DNA from: an uncultured Bacteroides sp.
GTDB taxonomy: Bacteria > Bacteroidota > Bacteroidia > Bacteroidales > GCA-2748055
Reading direction: 5' to 3'
NCBI GenBank assembly: GCA_964579515.1
Contig: CAZOHA010000001.1
Span: 163,484-227,483 of the forward strand
Length of the DNA: 64,000 nt
Positions within the stretch are counted from its first letter, which is position 1. Each line of letters starts with the position of its first letter. The notes below the pieces were generated by a model. It was not told the DNA's origin. It made no database searches and worked only from the letters and a program-made list of their open reading frames with translations. Made by a program: the position numbers and the translations under genes. Shown here in pieces: positions 38,354-46,781 of this stretch.

Positions 38354-39574
38354 TCAAAAAGCAGATGTAAATCCAAGGGAGAACCTGCTGACCTGGTTTT
38401 CAGGATCCGTGAATATCTGAGTGTACTCTGCCCCCAGCCGGATATTCCTTCGTATCAGATAGCCCACATGAAGAGTGGCAGAGTGATAGTCGGCAGGATT
38501 GAATCCGGAATTCACATAATTGTACAGTCCCACCGCGTACCAGTCGCTCTGATCTCCGTTCGGGCTGTATATCAACTCTCCCAATAAACCGTGTGTATGG
38601 ATATTATTCACGGTGGTCGCGTCTGATGCAGAGAGATACACCTGGTCATCGTTCCTGAACAGATATTGCATATTGATCTCCATCTTGTCGGCGATGCTGA
38701 TGGTAGCATCGGCACCCATATAGGCGGCAGCGTTTGTAATCGTCTGTTCTGCAGGGTGAATCAGATCTTCTCTGCCGTAATATCCCACCACACCGACTCG
38801 CAGATAATCTCCCGCACTCTGGGAAATCCTGCCCAGGAAGCTTTTATGGGGATCTTTGTCAAACAACCTGTTTTCTCCTGCTTCCGACAGTCCGTTCCCA
38901 TTGACCATCATGAACACCAGATCGGTTGAGGTGGGTAATCCATAGGTCACCATCACACCCCTGTCGTACTTCATGGTGATGTCGGAAACGCCTATCTGAC
39001 TTGTATATAGGTGATAATCTTCAAAGGTGAGTCTCAGTTCCCGTTTAAAAAGCGGATCCGACACCTGGAACTGTCCGAGGACCACATCGATACCCGTGTT
39101 GAAGAGCCGGTCGTACATCAGGTAGGCATCTTCCACTCCGGCCACCTCGCCATGCTCGCTCAGATAAAAATAGAAGTAATAGCTGAAATGTTCAGATAGT
39201 TGTCCGCCCGACAGTAGCTTGATCAAATAGGGAGCCGACAGATCCGTTTTACCATTTTCGGCCACTCTGGCCTGGAGATAACCGTCCATCCTGACTGCCA
39301 CGGGAAGGTTTCTGAGCAGGGAAAGCTTCTGGTCGCCGGTCTCCACGAAATATCTCGGAGCCTGGTATTCCGTCAGCTTGAATCCATCTCCGGCATAACT
39401 ATCCCCATAGGGTTTCAGTTTCGGAATGGAGGGAGTATGGCATGTGATGCAGCTGATATTGTATTTCCGTGCAAATGCCGGGATCGCCCGGGCTTTTTTA
39501 TCATTCACCATCAGAAAAATAAAGTGGATGAGAAATACCACCGGGATAATGATCAGAAATCGTTTGATATTCAT
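38354..39574 (-). CDS. Fused monoheme cytochrome c / outer-membrane beta-barrel protein (Cyc2-like porin-cytochrome candidate)
   Basis: Signal peptide followed by a single CXXCH (CITCH, nt 39437-39451) within PAFARKYNISCITCHTPSIPKLKPYGDSYAGDGF. About 350 aa of Tyr/Gly-rich alternating sequence then ends GFTSAF (C-terminal Phe, an OMP-type beta-signal). Confidence 0.6.
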   Translation of the reverse strand: MNIKRFLIIIPVVFLIHFIFLMVNDKKARAIPAFARKYNISCITCHTPSIPKLKPYGDSYAGDGFKLTEYQAPRYFVETGDQKLSLLRNLPVAVRMDGYLQARVAENGKTDLSAPYLIKLLSGGQLSEHFSYYFYFYLSEHGEVAGVEDAYLMYDRLFNTGIDVVLGQFQVSDPLFKRELRLTFEDYHLYTSQIGVSDITMKYDRGVMVTYGLPTSTDLVFMMVNGNGLSEAGENRLFDKDPHKSFLGRISQSAGDYLRVGVVGYYGREDLIHPAEQTITNAAAYMGADATISIADKMEINMQYLFRNDDQVYLSASDATTVNNIHTHGLLGELIYSPNGDQSDWYAVGLYNYVNSGFNPADYHSATLHVGYLIRRNIRLGAEYTQIFTDPENQVSRFSLGFTSAF

Positions 39575-39585
39575 GAGGTTGATCT

Positions 39586-40959
39586 TTAAGGAAGTATTTG
39601 TATATCAATTTCTTGTGTATTGACGATCATGGCCTGATACTCCTCCTCGGGTACCTGGAGATATTCACCCACCGGTTTCACCAGCAGCCGGTAGTTCATG
39701 ACGGCCGAGACGGTCAGCGTTCCTGTGGCGATATCATAAGGGACATCGAATGTATAGGTCTCCACTTTGGTCTCCCGGGGGCCTATCCGGTAGTCCACCC
39801 CCAGCGAATCGGTGTTCCATTGCATGATGGTCATTCGTCCCTGGGGATCGAAAAACGGCATCCGGAAGATGCGGTCACCGATGGGTACTTCCTCCCTGCG
39901 AATTCCTTCGAAGTTTTCGATGCCGAGAGGCACACCGAGGTCCTGGTAGGCAAGCGTATCACTGGCAATCGTATATTCCTCCCCTTTAAATCCTTTCTTA
40001 TCGACCGGAAGGTGATACGTTTTCCCATCTTCATCAACGGCTTCCACATGCAGCCATACGATCCGGTCTTCCACGGAACCGGTGGGAAATTTGTGCCCTG
40101 CTTTCTGATTGAACAAAGTAATCGTAAAAACAACCGGAGTGCCTGGTAATGCTTCCTGCTGGTCGGGTGTGATCCGGATCTCGACCACCCCGTTCAGTTT
40201 CCCGGGATCGTGTGCGCCATTGAACAGATGCATCCGGGCATCCTCGTAGGAAGCCCCCATGATGGCGGTTTTTCCCGGGCCATCGGGCATATGGCAATCC
40301 TGGCAGACCACCCCTTCTTCATAATAGGGACCTTCTTTCAACTCCAGGTGGGTGGATTTCACCCAGGTGCCGAAGGGGCTCTTTTCGTTGTGACAGATCC
40401 CGCAGAATTCAGCGGTCCGGTAAAATGAGGAGGTATCGATCTCATGAACGGGAGAGGATTCTTTTCCTTTCCGGGTGGTGTACTTGGTTTTCCCGACATC
40501 CATTTCATAGTTGTGATTAAATGGTGTGTCGCCCGTGTATCCGGTGATATTGTGGCAGATTTCGCACGACACCGATTCGTTGGCCCTTGGATTTCCGGAA
40601 GGGTCGGGCGGAGGCATATCCCCGGTCAGGTAGGCCATGGGAGTGTGGCACCCGTTGCATCCTTCATGCACACCTTTCATGTTCTCATCATTTTCTGAAT
40701 GGGCCACCGCCAGATCGAAATACTCGATCTCGTCCCAGTGATGATTATAGGCATCGGACATCATTGCCTGGTCCCACTGCTGATAGAACAGTTTATGGCA
40801 CTGGTTGCAATATTCGGGGGTCTGGAAGTCCCCGTACTGGTATTGTTTCTTTTGCTCCTGGTGCAGTCCGAACGACAGGCCTGTGAGAGTGACCCCTCCA
40901 AGGAACAGGTAGCCTGAGATCGTGTGGAAGGTTTTCATACCCATCCCCGGCCAAAACAT
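39586..40959 (-). CDS. Membrane-anchored or secreted pentaheme c-type cytochrome with a heme-free C-terminal domain
   Basis: Five CXXCH motifs (CNQCH, CNGCH, CEICH, CGICH, CQDCH) lie in the first roughly 230 aa after a hydrophobic N-terminal segment (ISGYLFLGGVTLTGLSFGL). The last roughly 200 aa have no Cys or heme motif. Alternative ATG starts at 40944 and 40938. Confidence 0.85.
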   Translation of the reverse strand: MFWPGMGMKTFHTISGYLFLGGVTLTGLSFGLHQEQKKQYQYGDFQTPEYCNQCHKLFYQQWDQAMMSDAYNHHWDEIEYFDLAVAHSENDENMKGVHEGCNGCHTPMAYLTGDMPPPDPSGNPRANESVSCEICHNITGYTGDTPFNHNYEMDVGKTKYTTRKGKESSPVHEIDTSSFYRTAEFCGICHNEKSPFGTWVKSTHLELKEGPYYEEGVVCQDCHMPDGPGKTAIMGASYEDARMHLFNGAHDPGKLNGVVEIRITPDQQEALPGTPVVFTITLFNQKAGHKFPTGSVEDRIVWLHVEAVDEDGKTYHLPVDKKGFKGEEYTIASDTLAYQDLGVPLGIENFEGIRREEVPIGDRIFRMPFFDPQGRMTIMQWNTDSLGVDYRIGPRETKVETYTFDVPYDIATGTLTVSAVMNYRLLVKPVGEYLQVPEEEYQAMIVNTQEIDIQILP

Positions 40960-41174
40960 GTACCTCAGTGGTGCTTATTTGGAATACAAGCAGGTATCAA
41001 CTAAACGAGAAGGCTCTAAAAGCATGACATACAAGGGCATTAGAATCGACAGTCCCTGAATTCGAATTGATTCTAATTAAGAATATGATGGAATGATCTC
41101 TCCATTTGAACCGCTTCCTCCACACCTTGAGTAATTTATTCTACAATCAGGGCTCCGCTGTGAATTTCCGGAAA

Positions 41175-41365
41175 ATGGAGACGTCGACTACTTCCTGGCC
41201 AGACCCGGGGTCACCGAGGGATTTCCATTCAATGATACGGCCCTGGTCTTTAAGGTCATGGGTAAAATGTTTGCCCTGCTGGATCTCTCAGAAAACAGCC
41301 GGGGTATCAGCCTGAAATGTGATCCGCAGATGCTGTGGAGTTGCGTGTGTTTTACGAGGAAGTGA
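41175..41365 (+). pseudogene. Degraded 5' fragment of an mmcQ/yjbR-family gene
   Basis: In the mmcQ frame it reads DYFLARPGVTEGFPFNDTALVFKVMGKMFALLDLSENSRGISLKCDPQM. A 1-nt deletion relative to the intact copy then leads to an early stop at 41363-41365. The only nearby ATG (41175) is out of frame with this reading. Confidence 0.6.
41189..41347 (+). repeat. Direct repeat, left copy (mmcQ 5' region)
   Basis: By my hand alignment, about 159 nt match 42468-42627 with 6 mismatches and 1 single-nt gap. This includes an 86-nt perfectly identical core (GGATTTCCATTC...AGCCGGGG). Confidence 0.9.
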
Positions 41366-41515
41366 AGCGAGGCTCCTATTCGAGCAGGGTCATAAAGGGG
41401 TTGTTTTATGTTGAAGCGGTTACTTCCGTGTTGGGAAACACTGTGTAATCCTGAGTTCATACTAAATATCGCGCACCGATATTTGGTATATTTACTGTAC
41501 ATATAATATATCAAG

Positions 41516-41818
41516 GTGGAAAAACAGTACATTAAAATAGGCAAAAAGAAGAACAAATTGCTATTGCGCAGATCACTATTCTGGGATGTACCTGCACATG
41601 CCCTGGATTTGGAAAAGAATAAAAGATTGATTCTTGAGAGAGTGTTTTCCAGGGGAAATATCGAGGAATTCATTTCAATAAATCAGCATTATACGAAGGA
41701 GGAGATTCGAGAAACAGTTAAGAGGATTGGCTTTCTGGATAAGAAAACTCTGAATTTTATCTCAAGAACCTATCATATAAATCCTGCCGACTTTAGATGT
41801 TACAAAGAGAATCTGTAG
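41516..41818 (+). CDS. Small protein upstream of the AbiEii toxin; candidate cognate antitoxin (DUF6922-like)
   Basis: 100 aa with a GTG start. Contains SLFWDVPAHALDLEKNKRLILERVFSRG. It overlaps the toxin start by 22 nt. Confidence 0.55.
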   Translation: MEKQYIKIGKKKNKLLLRRSLFWDVPAHALDLEKNKRLILERVFSRGNIEEFISINQHYTKEEIRETVKRIGFLDKKTLNFISRTYHINPADFRCYKENL

Positions 41819-42435
41819 ATAAAAGAGTTCTGGATTCGATCTTTGCCCTTCAGGAGAAGGAGTATCTGAAAGATTTCTATCTGGTAGGTGGAACCGGACT
41901 CGCATTGATTATCGGCCACAGGAAATCAGTGGATATCGACCTTTTCACATCAAAGGATTTTGATGCGGAGCACATTCTCGAAAAGCTTGAATCTGATTTT
42001 GCCTTCCACATGGATTATTTGGGAGGGAATACCATCAAAGGAAGTGTAGCAGGGATTAAAGTGGATCTTCTGGCTCGCAAATATCCCCTTATTGGTGACA
42101 CAATAGAGATGGAGAAATTCCGAATTGCTTCTATGGATGATATAGCTGCGATGAAGATTAATTCTGTGGCCAATGACGGTACCAGAGTCAAAGATTTCAT
42201 CGACCTGTACTTCCTGATTACTGAACGAGGGTTCACTATCGATAGACTACTTGAAAACTTCAAAGCAAAGTATTCCCAAAGGAATGCATTGCATGCATTG
42301 AAAAGCTTGGTTTATTTTGAAGATGTGAACTTAAACGACTGGCCTGTAATGATTAAGAATAAAAGCATAAGCTGGGATGAGATCATGATAGTTTTGAGAA
42401 ATGCCTGTGAAGAGTATATCAGGAAGATAACCTGA
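41797..42435 (+). CDS. Nucleotidyltransferase AbiEii/AbiGii-family toxin (type IV TA / abortive-infection family)
   Basis: 212 aa. FYLVGGTGLALIIGHRKSVDIDLF and DDIAAMKINSVANDGTRVKDFIDLYFL fit the DUF1814/AbiEii pattern. Confidence 0.75.
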   Translation: MLQRESVDKRVLDSIFALQEKEYLKDFYLVGGTGLALIIGHRKSVDIDLFTSKDFDAEHILEKLESDFAFHMDYLGGNTIKGSVAGIKVDLLARKYPLIGDTIEMEKFRIASMDDIAAMKINSVANDGTRVKDFIDLYFLITERGFTIDRLLENFKAKYSQRNALHALKSLVYFEDVNLNDWPVMIKNKSISWDEIMIVLRNACEEYIRKIT

Positions 42436-42443
42436 CTGAATCC

Positions 42444-42737
42444 ATGAACATCGAAGAGATCCGCGAATACTGCCTGGCCAGGCCCGGAGTCACCGAAGGA
42501 TTTCCATTCAATGATACGGCCCTGGTCTTTAAGGTCATGGGTAAAATGTTTGCCCTGCTGGATCTCTCAGAAAACAGCCGGGGAATCAGCCTGAAATGTG
42601 ATCCGCAGATGGCTGTGGAGATGCGTGACCGATACCCGGAGGTGACACCGGCCTACCACTTTAACAAGAAGCACTGGAACACGGTGGATCCCAGCGGCAG
42701 CCTGCCCGAAAAACTTTTCCTGGAGCTCATCACATGA
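42444..42737 (+). CDS. MmcQ/YjbR-family DNA-binding protein
   Basis: MNIEEIREYCLARPGVTEGFPFNDTALVFKVMGKMFALL...YHFNKKHWNTV is typical of the YjbR fold. At 97 aa it may be slightly short at the C-terminus. Confidence 0.85.
   Translation: MNIEEIREYCLARPGVTEGFPFNDTALVFKVMGKMFALLDLSENSRGISLKCDPQMAVEMRDRYPEVTPAYHFNKKHWNTVDPSGSLPEKLFLELIT
42468..42627 (+). repeat. Direct repeat, right copy (inside intact mmcQ)
   Basis: Partner of 41189-41347; see that entry. Confidence 0.9.
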
Positions 42738-42742
42738 ATTTA

Positions 42743-43795
42743 TTATAGCGCATACATCCGTTCCGCATTCTTGTAATAGATCTTCTCCAGCACGGGCAGC
42801 GGGAGATCCAGGCCACGGTACTCCTTCACTTTGTCGTCCTGGGTGAACATCCGGTCGGTGGTAAAATAGAGCCAGTCGTCCATCCAGGTTTGCCCGAGGA
42901 TCTGCCGGGCCCTTTGAGCACTCCATCCCGGCTCTCCGTTGCCGCGGATCCCGATATCGGTGCCGTACAACAGCCTGTCCTGGTATTGGATGAGGAAGTC
43001 CCGGACCTTATCACGGTCCTGGTATTTGAAATGGGAAATACGGGCGGCCATATCGACCGTCATGTTCGGGTACTGATCCAGTGACCGGGCCAAATATTCC
43101 ACGTCCCACTCCTGGCTTCCCAGGTGGCATCCCACATATTTCAGCCCGGGGTGCTTTTCCAGCATCCGGTCCCGGGCGGCGATGAGCTCTTCGTAGGAGG
43201 GGTATTCAGGATGAAGGTACATGTGATACTCGGGGTGGCTGGCGAAATAGGAGCTGTCGCCCCGGACGGTCATCTCGCCGAGGGGCAGCCAGCAGTTCTT
43301 CGGTTCGGCGTTGTGGTTCACCAGGGTTTTTCCCCTGGCTTCCACGTAATCGAATATGGGATCGAACCGGGGATCGTCGATCAGGATAAACTCGCCGGAG
43401 GAATCCCGGAAGGTCATCCCGATATCCTTCCAGACCTTCAGGGCGACAGCACCTTCATCGAAGCTCTTTTCCAGCCAGTCCAGGGTGGTCTCTTCCCAGC
43501 CGGGCTCTCCGAAACCATCCATGGAGAAGGTGGTGGCATAGAAAATCTGATCCGGGTGATGGTCGTGCAAGTTCCTGGCGTAAGCATACTCCTGTTCGAT
43601 CTCCGGCCAGGGATTGGCGCGGGTCACCAGGGTGATCAGCCGCAGATGGTTCTCCCCGATGACCTCCACGAACGATTCATCGCAGGTCTCCAGGTGGACA
43701 TGGGCATCGATCTTCGGAAAGGTTTGGAAGGCCGGGTCCGGAGTTCCGGAGCAGCCGGTAAGCAGCAGGACGATCAGCACAAAAGTTGTTCTCAT
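42743..43795 (-). CDS. Amidohydrolase-family (metal-dependent TIM-barrel hydrolase) lipoprotein
   Basis: The start is set at MRTTFVLIVLLLTGCSG (ATG 43795; the tracked ORF is 19 codons longer). The metal motif IDAHVHL lies near the N-terminus. Confidence 0.75.
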   Translation of the reverse strand: MRTTFVLIVLLLTGCSGTPDPAFQTFPKIDAHVHLETCDESFVEVIGENHLRLITLVTRANPWPEIEQEYAYARNLHDHHPDQIFYATTFSMDGFGEPGWEETTLDWLEKSFDEGAVALKVWKDIGMTFRDSSGEFILIDDPRFDPIFDYVEARGKTLVNHNAEPKNCWLPLGEMTVRGDSSYFASHPEYHMYLHPEYPSYEELIAARDRMLEKHPGLKYVGCHLGSQEWDVEYLARSLDQYPNMTVDMAARISHFKYQDRDKVRDFLIQYQDRLLYGTDIGIRGNGEPGWSAQRARQILGQTWMDDWLYFTTDRMFTQDDKVKEYRGLDLPLPVLEKIYYKNAERMYAL

Positions 43796-43839
43796 GGCAG
43801 GAGGTTTATCATTCTTCTGAGATATTAGATGGACCATCT

Positions 43840-45246
43840 CTATAGCTTCCACCCTTCCCGGTACTTCCTCATCACAAAGGAGTTGGCCGGGTTGAAGTTG
43901 GTGATTTTCATGTTTTTTGCATCCCAGAGGAGTTTCTTACGGCCGGGATAGGGATCGCCCGCTTCGGTGCCCGCATACTGGTAGCTGCGGATGGCCAGGT
44001 TGCCCATCAGCACCGCTTCGGTGAAGGGTCCGGCATAATCGAATTTCGAACTCAGGTCCGATTCGGAAGGATCCTTCATGCATGCGTCCACCCAGGCCAC
44101 GTAGTGTCCTTCGGGGACCCGTTTTTCCGTTTTCGGAACATCCGCGATTTGCTCATTCAGTTCAAGCGGCAGCAGGGTGGGCTCCTGACCGTGGCTCCCC
44201 ATCAGTTTTCCCCGGGTCCCTTCGAAAATCACCCCGTTGTCCAGTCGGGCCAGTTCATGATCGGCCGGCAGTTCATCGGGCATCCGGGGACGCAATCCCC
44301 CGTCCATCCAGGTCAGCAGGATGTTCCCCTTTCCGTCGGTACGGGGGAAGGTCAGATGGATGATGGAAGAGGCAGGGCAGCTTTCGGTGTAATGGGCCAC
44401 CCTGAAAAACCCTTCCCAGTTGGTGGTCACACTGCATTCCACGTCGATGGGATAGTCGATGGGAAGGATGCGGAATACCGGATCCATGATGTGGCAGCCC
44501 ATATCGCCCAGGGCCCCGGTGCCGAATTTCCACCATCCGCGCCAGTCGGTGGGATGGTAGGCAGGGTTGTATTCGGTGAATCCGGCCGGACCCAGCCAGA
44601 GGTCCCAGTCCAGTCCGGTTGGGATCACATGCTCACCGGCGGGGGCCGGGATCCCCTGGGGCCAGACCGGCCGGTTGGACCAGGCATAAACCCGGGTCAC
44701 CTCGCCGATCAGTCCGGCATCCACCACCTCTTTCATCCGTCGCACCGGTTCATTGCTGGCGCCCTGGTTTCCCATCTGGGTCACCACGTTGTATTTCCTG
44801 GCTGCTTCGGTCAGCGCTCTGGCTTCGCCGATGCTGTGGGTGAGGGGTTTCTGCACGTATACATGCTTACCCATCTCCATGGCCATCATGGCGGCCACTG
44901 CATGGGTGTGGTCGGGGGTGGAGACCACCACGGCATCGATTTCATTCCGGTGTTTCTCCAGCATTTTCCGGAAATCCTTGTAATAGGGTGCCTGGGGGAA
45001 GTTCTCCCTGGACCTCACAGCCTGCCGGTCATCCACATCGCAAAGAAAGGCGATGGAGGCATGCTTGCTCTCCGCACAGGAGGTCAGGTCGGAAGTCCCT
45101 TTCCCGCCCACACCGATACCGGCGATACGAACCATGTCGCTGGGGGCTACGAACCCGGGACCTCCCAGCACATGCCGGGGGATAACGGTGATGGTGGCAG
45201 CTGCCGCCGAGGCGGTTTTGATAAACGTTCTTCGGTCGGTTTTCAT
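43840..45246 (-). CDS. TAT-exported Gfo/Idh/MocA-family oxidoreductase (GH109-like architecture)
   Basis: Twin-arginine signal MKTDRRTFIKTASAAAA, followed by the Rossmann segment VRIAGIGVGGKG. 468 aa. Confidence 0.82.
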   Translation of the reverse strand: MKTDRRTFIKTASAAAATITVIPRHVLGGPGFVAPSDMVRIAGIGVGGKGTSDLTSCAESKHASIAFLCDVDDRQAVRSRENFPQAPYYKDFRKMLEKHRNEIDAVVVSTPDHTHAVAAMMAMEMGKHVYVQKPLTHSIGEARALTEAARKYNVVTQMGNQGASNEPVRRMKEVVDAGLIGEVTRVYAWSNRPVWPQGIPAPAGEHVIPTGLDWDLWLGPAGFTEYNPAYHPTDWRGWWKFGTGALGDMGCHIMDPVFRILPIDYPIDVECSVTTNWEGFFRVAHYTESCPASSIIHLTFPRTDGKGNILLTWMDGGLRPRMPDELPADHELARLDNGVIFEGTRGKLMGSHGQEPTLLPLELNEQIADVPKTEKRVPEGHYVAWVDACMKDPSESDLSSKFDYAGPFTEAVLMGNLAIRSYQYAGTEAGDPYPGRKKLLWDAKNMKITNFNPANSFVMRKYREGWKL

Positions 45247-45250
45247 GTTC

Positions 45251-46753
45251 CTATAATTTGGGGTTTGTAGTGGCCGGTTTCAGGGTCCACATCTGCAGCA
45301 TGGTCATTTCCACCAGATGATCCATCTCCAGGTCCTCCCGGTGCACGGGCCATCCCTTCATGGAGGCCACCTGGCGGGAAATCTTCTCCGCATTCAGAGA
45401 AGGGTAGGGTTCCATGGGGATCACCTCCAACGATTCCGGGATCTGCCGCTCGCCGGTCCGCAGATACAGATCACTGAAAAGAGCCAGCAGGGACCCGGTT
45501 CCTATCGGGTGACCGTTATAAGGCAGGCCGGCGGGCAGATGACCTGTCAGCTTCATATAACTCAGAGCCGAATCGGCCAGTGCATAAACCCCTTCCACCG
45601 GAACCCGTTCACATCCGGGGGCCTGTTCCGGCATATCCAGCGGTCCCAGCGGCCTTTGTACGGCCAGCTTGAGGGGCCGCCCGGTTTCTTCCCGGCGAGT
45701 ACGGATGGATTCTGCCAGTGCAGCAAAAACCTCGGCAGGTGAATAGTGATCGTCGATGATCACCTTATGCTCCTCCAGGATCCGTCCGGCAATTCTTTCC
45801 AGATCGTTCCGGGTGATGGAGTCGGGCTGGTATGAGAACCTGGAGGCAAGCTCCCGGTAGGTGGTCAGTTCGATATCGTCCCGACCTGCCAGGTAACGGA
45901 CCAGCCTGCGGAAATTTTTTCTGGCCGTCTCCATGCTTTCCCGGGGCCTCAGCTCCGGTGTCTGCCACTGTTCCGGTCCGGGATTGGCCCCGTGGTAGTA
46001 GTTGAAATCCCAGAACTGGATGCTCCGGATCTTGCTGGGATGGTTGGCAAAAAAGGCCACCGCATCCATCCCCCGGATGGTGGCAGGGACCAGCGAATCG
46101 AGTGCCTCCAGCATGGGATCGAAAAGATCGTCATCGTGGTATGCATCATCGAAGAATCCGAAATCACCCTCTCCGTGGAAATTCAGCGTGTTGCAGAACC
46201 AGACCGCATTGTGCCCGGGAAGGTGAACAGGAGAATAAACATATCCTGCGCCCAGCCGCCCCAGAGCGTATACCAGCTGGGGACCATATGATCCTCCGTG
46301 CCGGGCCAGGTTGGCCGGTCGCTGACCGAAGATCCGTTCCAGATCGTCAAACCCGGCGCCCTCATTCTCCAGCATGACAGAGACTCCATTCCGCCAGGAA
46401 GCGTATTCAAGGATCTCGGTAACGGTGGGGTGGATCGAACCGTAATTGGTGTGGCTGCCGATATCGTGCCGGGCCATGGCCTCGATCACATCGGTCCGGC
46501 CTCTTTTTTCCATGGACCGGGCCTTCTCCCCGATGACGAAAAAGGAGCCTGTCACCCCTTCCCCGGTCATGATCTCCGCCAGCCAGCCGGGGATTTTGTC
46601 CATTCCCGCCTCTTCAGGAGAGGTGTAATCCTCCACGTCAAAACAGAGGACCACCGGCACTTTCTCAGCGGTTTGATCCGGATCTCCCTGCCCGGAGCAG
46701 CCTGATATGAGCAGAGAAGCGACAGCAGCTGGTAACAGGCAGAATAGTTTCAT
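45251..46753 (-). CDS. Lipoprotein, possibly a NodB/polysaccharide-deacetylase-like fold
   Basis: Lipoprotein signal (LLISGCSGQ). CFDVEDY and IGSHTNYGSIHP resemble NodB-type metal and catalytic motifs. The function call is weak. Confidence 0.4.
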   Translation of the reverse strand: MKLFCLLPAAVASLLISGCSGQGDPDQTAEKVPVVLCFDVEDYTSPEEAGMDKIPGWLAEIMTGEGVTGSFFVIGEKARSMEKRGRTDVIEAMARHDIGSHTNYGSIHPTVTEILEYASWRNGVSVMLENEGAGFDDLERIFGQRPANLARHGGSYGPQLVYALGRLGAGYVYSPVHLPGHNAVWFCNTLNFHGEGDFGFFDDAYHDDDLFDPMLEALDSLVPATIRGMDAVAFFANHPSKIRSIQFWDFNYYHGANPGPEQWQTPELRPRESMETARKNFRRLVRYLAGRDDIELTTYRELASRFSYQPDSITRNDLERIAGRILEEHKVIIDDHYSPAEVFAALAESIRTRREETGRPLKLAVQRPLGPLDMPEQAPGCERVPVEGVYALADSALSYMKLTGHLPAGLPYNGHPIGTGSLLALFSDLYLRTGERQIPESLEVIPMEPYPSLNAEKISRQVASMKGWPVHREDLEMDHLVEMTMLQMWTLKPATTNPKL

Positions 46754-46781
46754 GCAGATTCAGCTGGATTTGACCTACCAA

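Larger units (their letters stand above)
41189..42627 (+). mobile_element. Low-GC inserted cassette (toxin-antitoxin pair) bracketed by direct repeats; no recombinase seen
   Basis: Direct repeats at both ends. The interior is strongly AT-rich (one 60-nt spot count at 41521-41580 gives 30% GC, versus 53% at 43001-43060). The cargo is an AbiEii-type pair. Confidence 0.45.

Noticed and set aside
41106-41673. ORFs 41106-41315 (+, 69 aa) and 41188-41673 (-, 161 aa) across the left mmcQ repeat
   Set aside because: The plus ORF is an out-of-frame reading of the mmcQ fragment. The minus ORF is antisense and spans the repeat plus AT-rich non-coding DNA. Neither has any motif.
44104-45270. 388-aa plus-strand ORF inside the Gfo/Idh/MocA gene. 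The same pattern occurs at 12749-13789, 43124-43828, 4385-5248, 47427-48191, 48813-49559 and 15793-16617.
   Set aside because: All are antisense to genes with strong motif support. They are compositionally biased and would require massive gene overlap.
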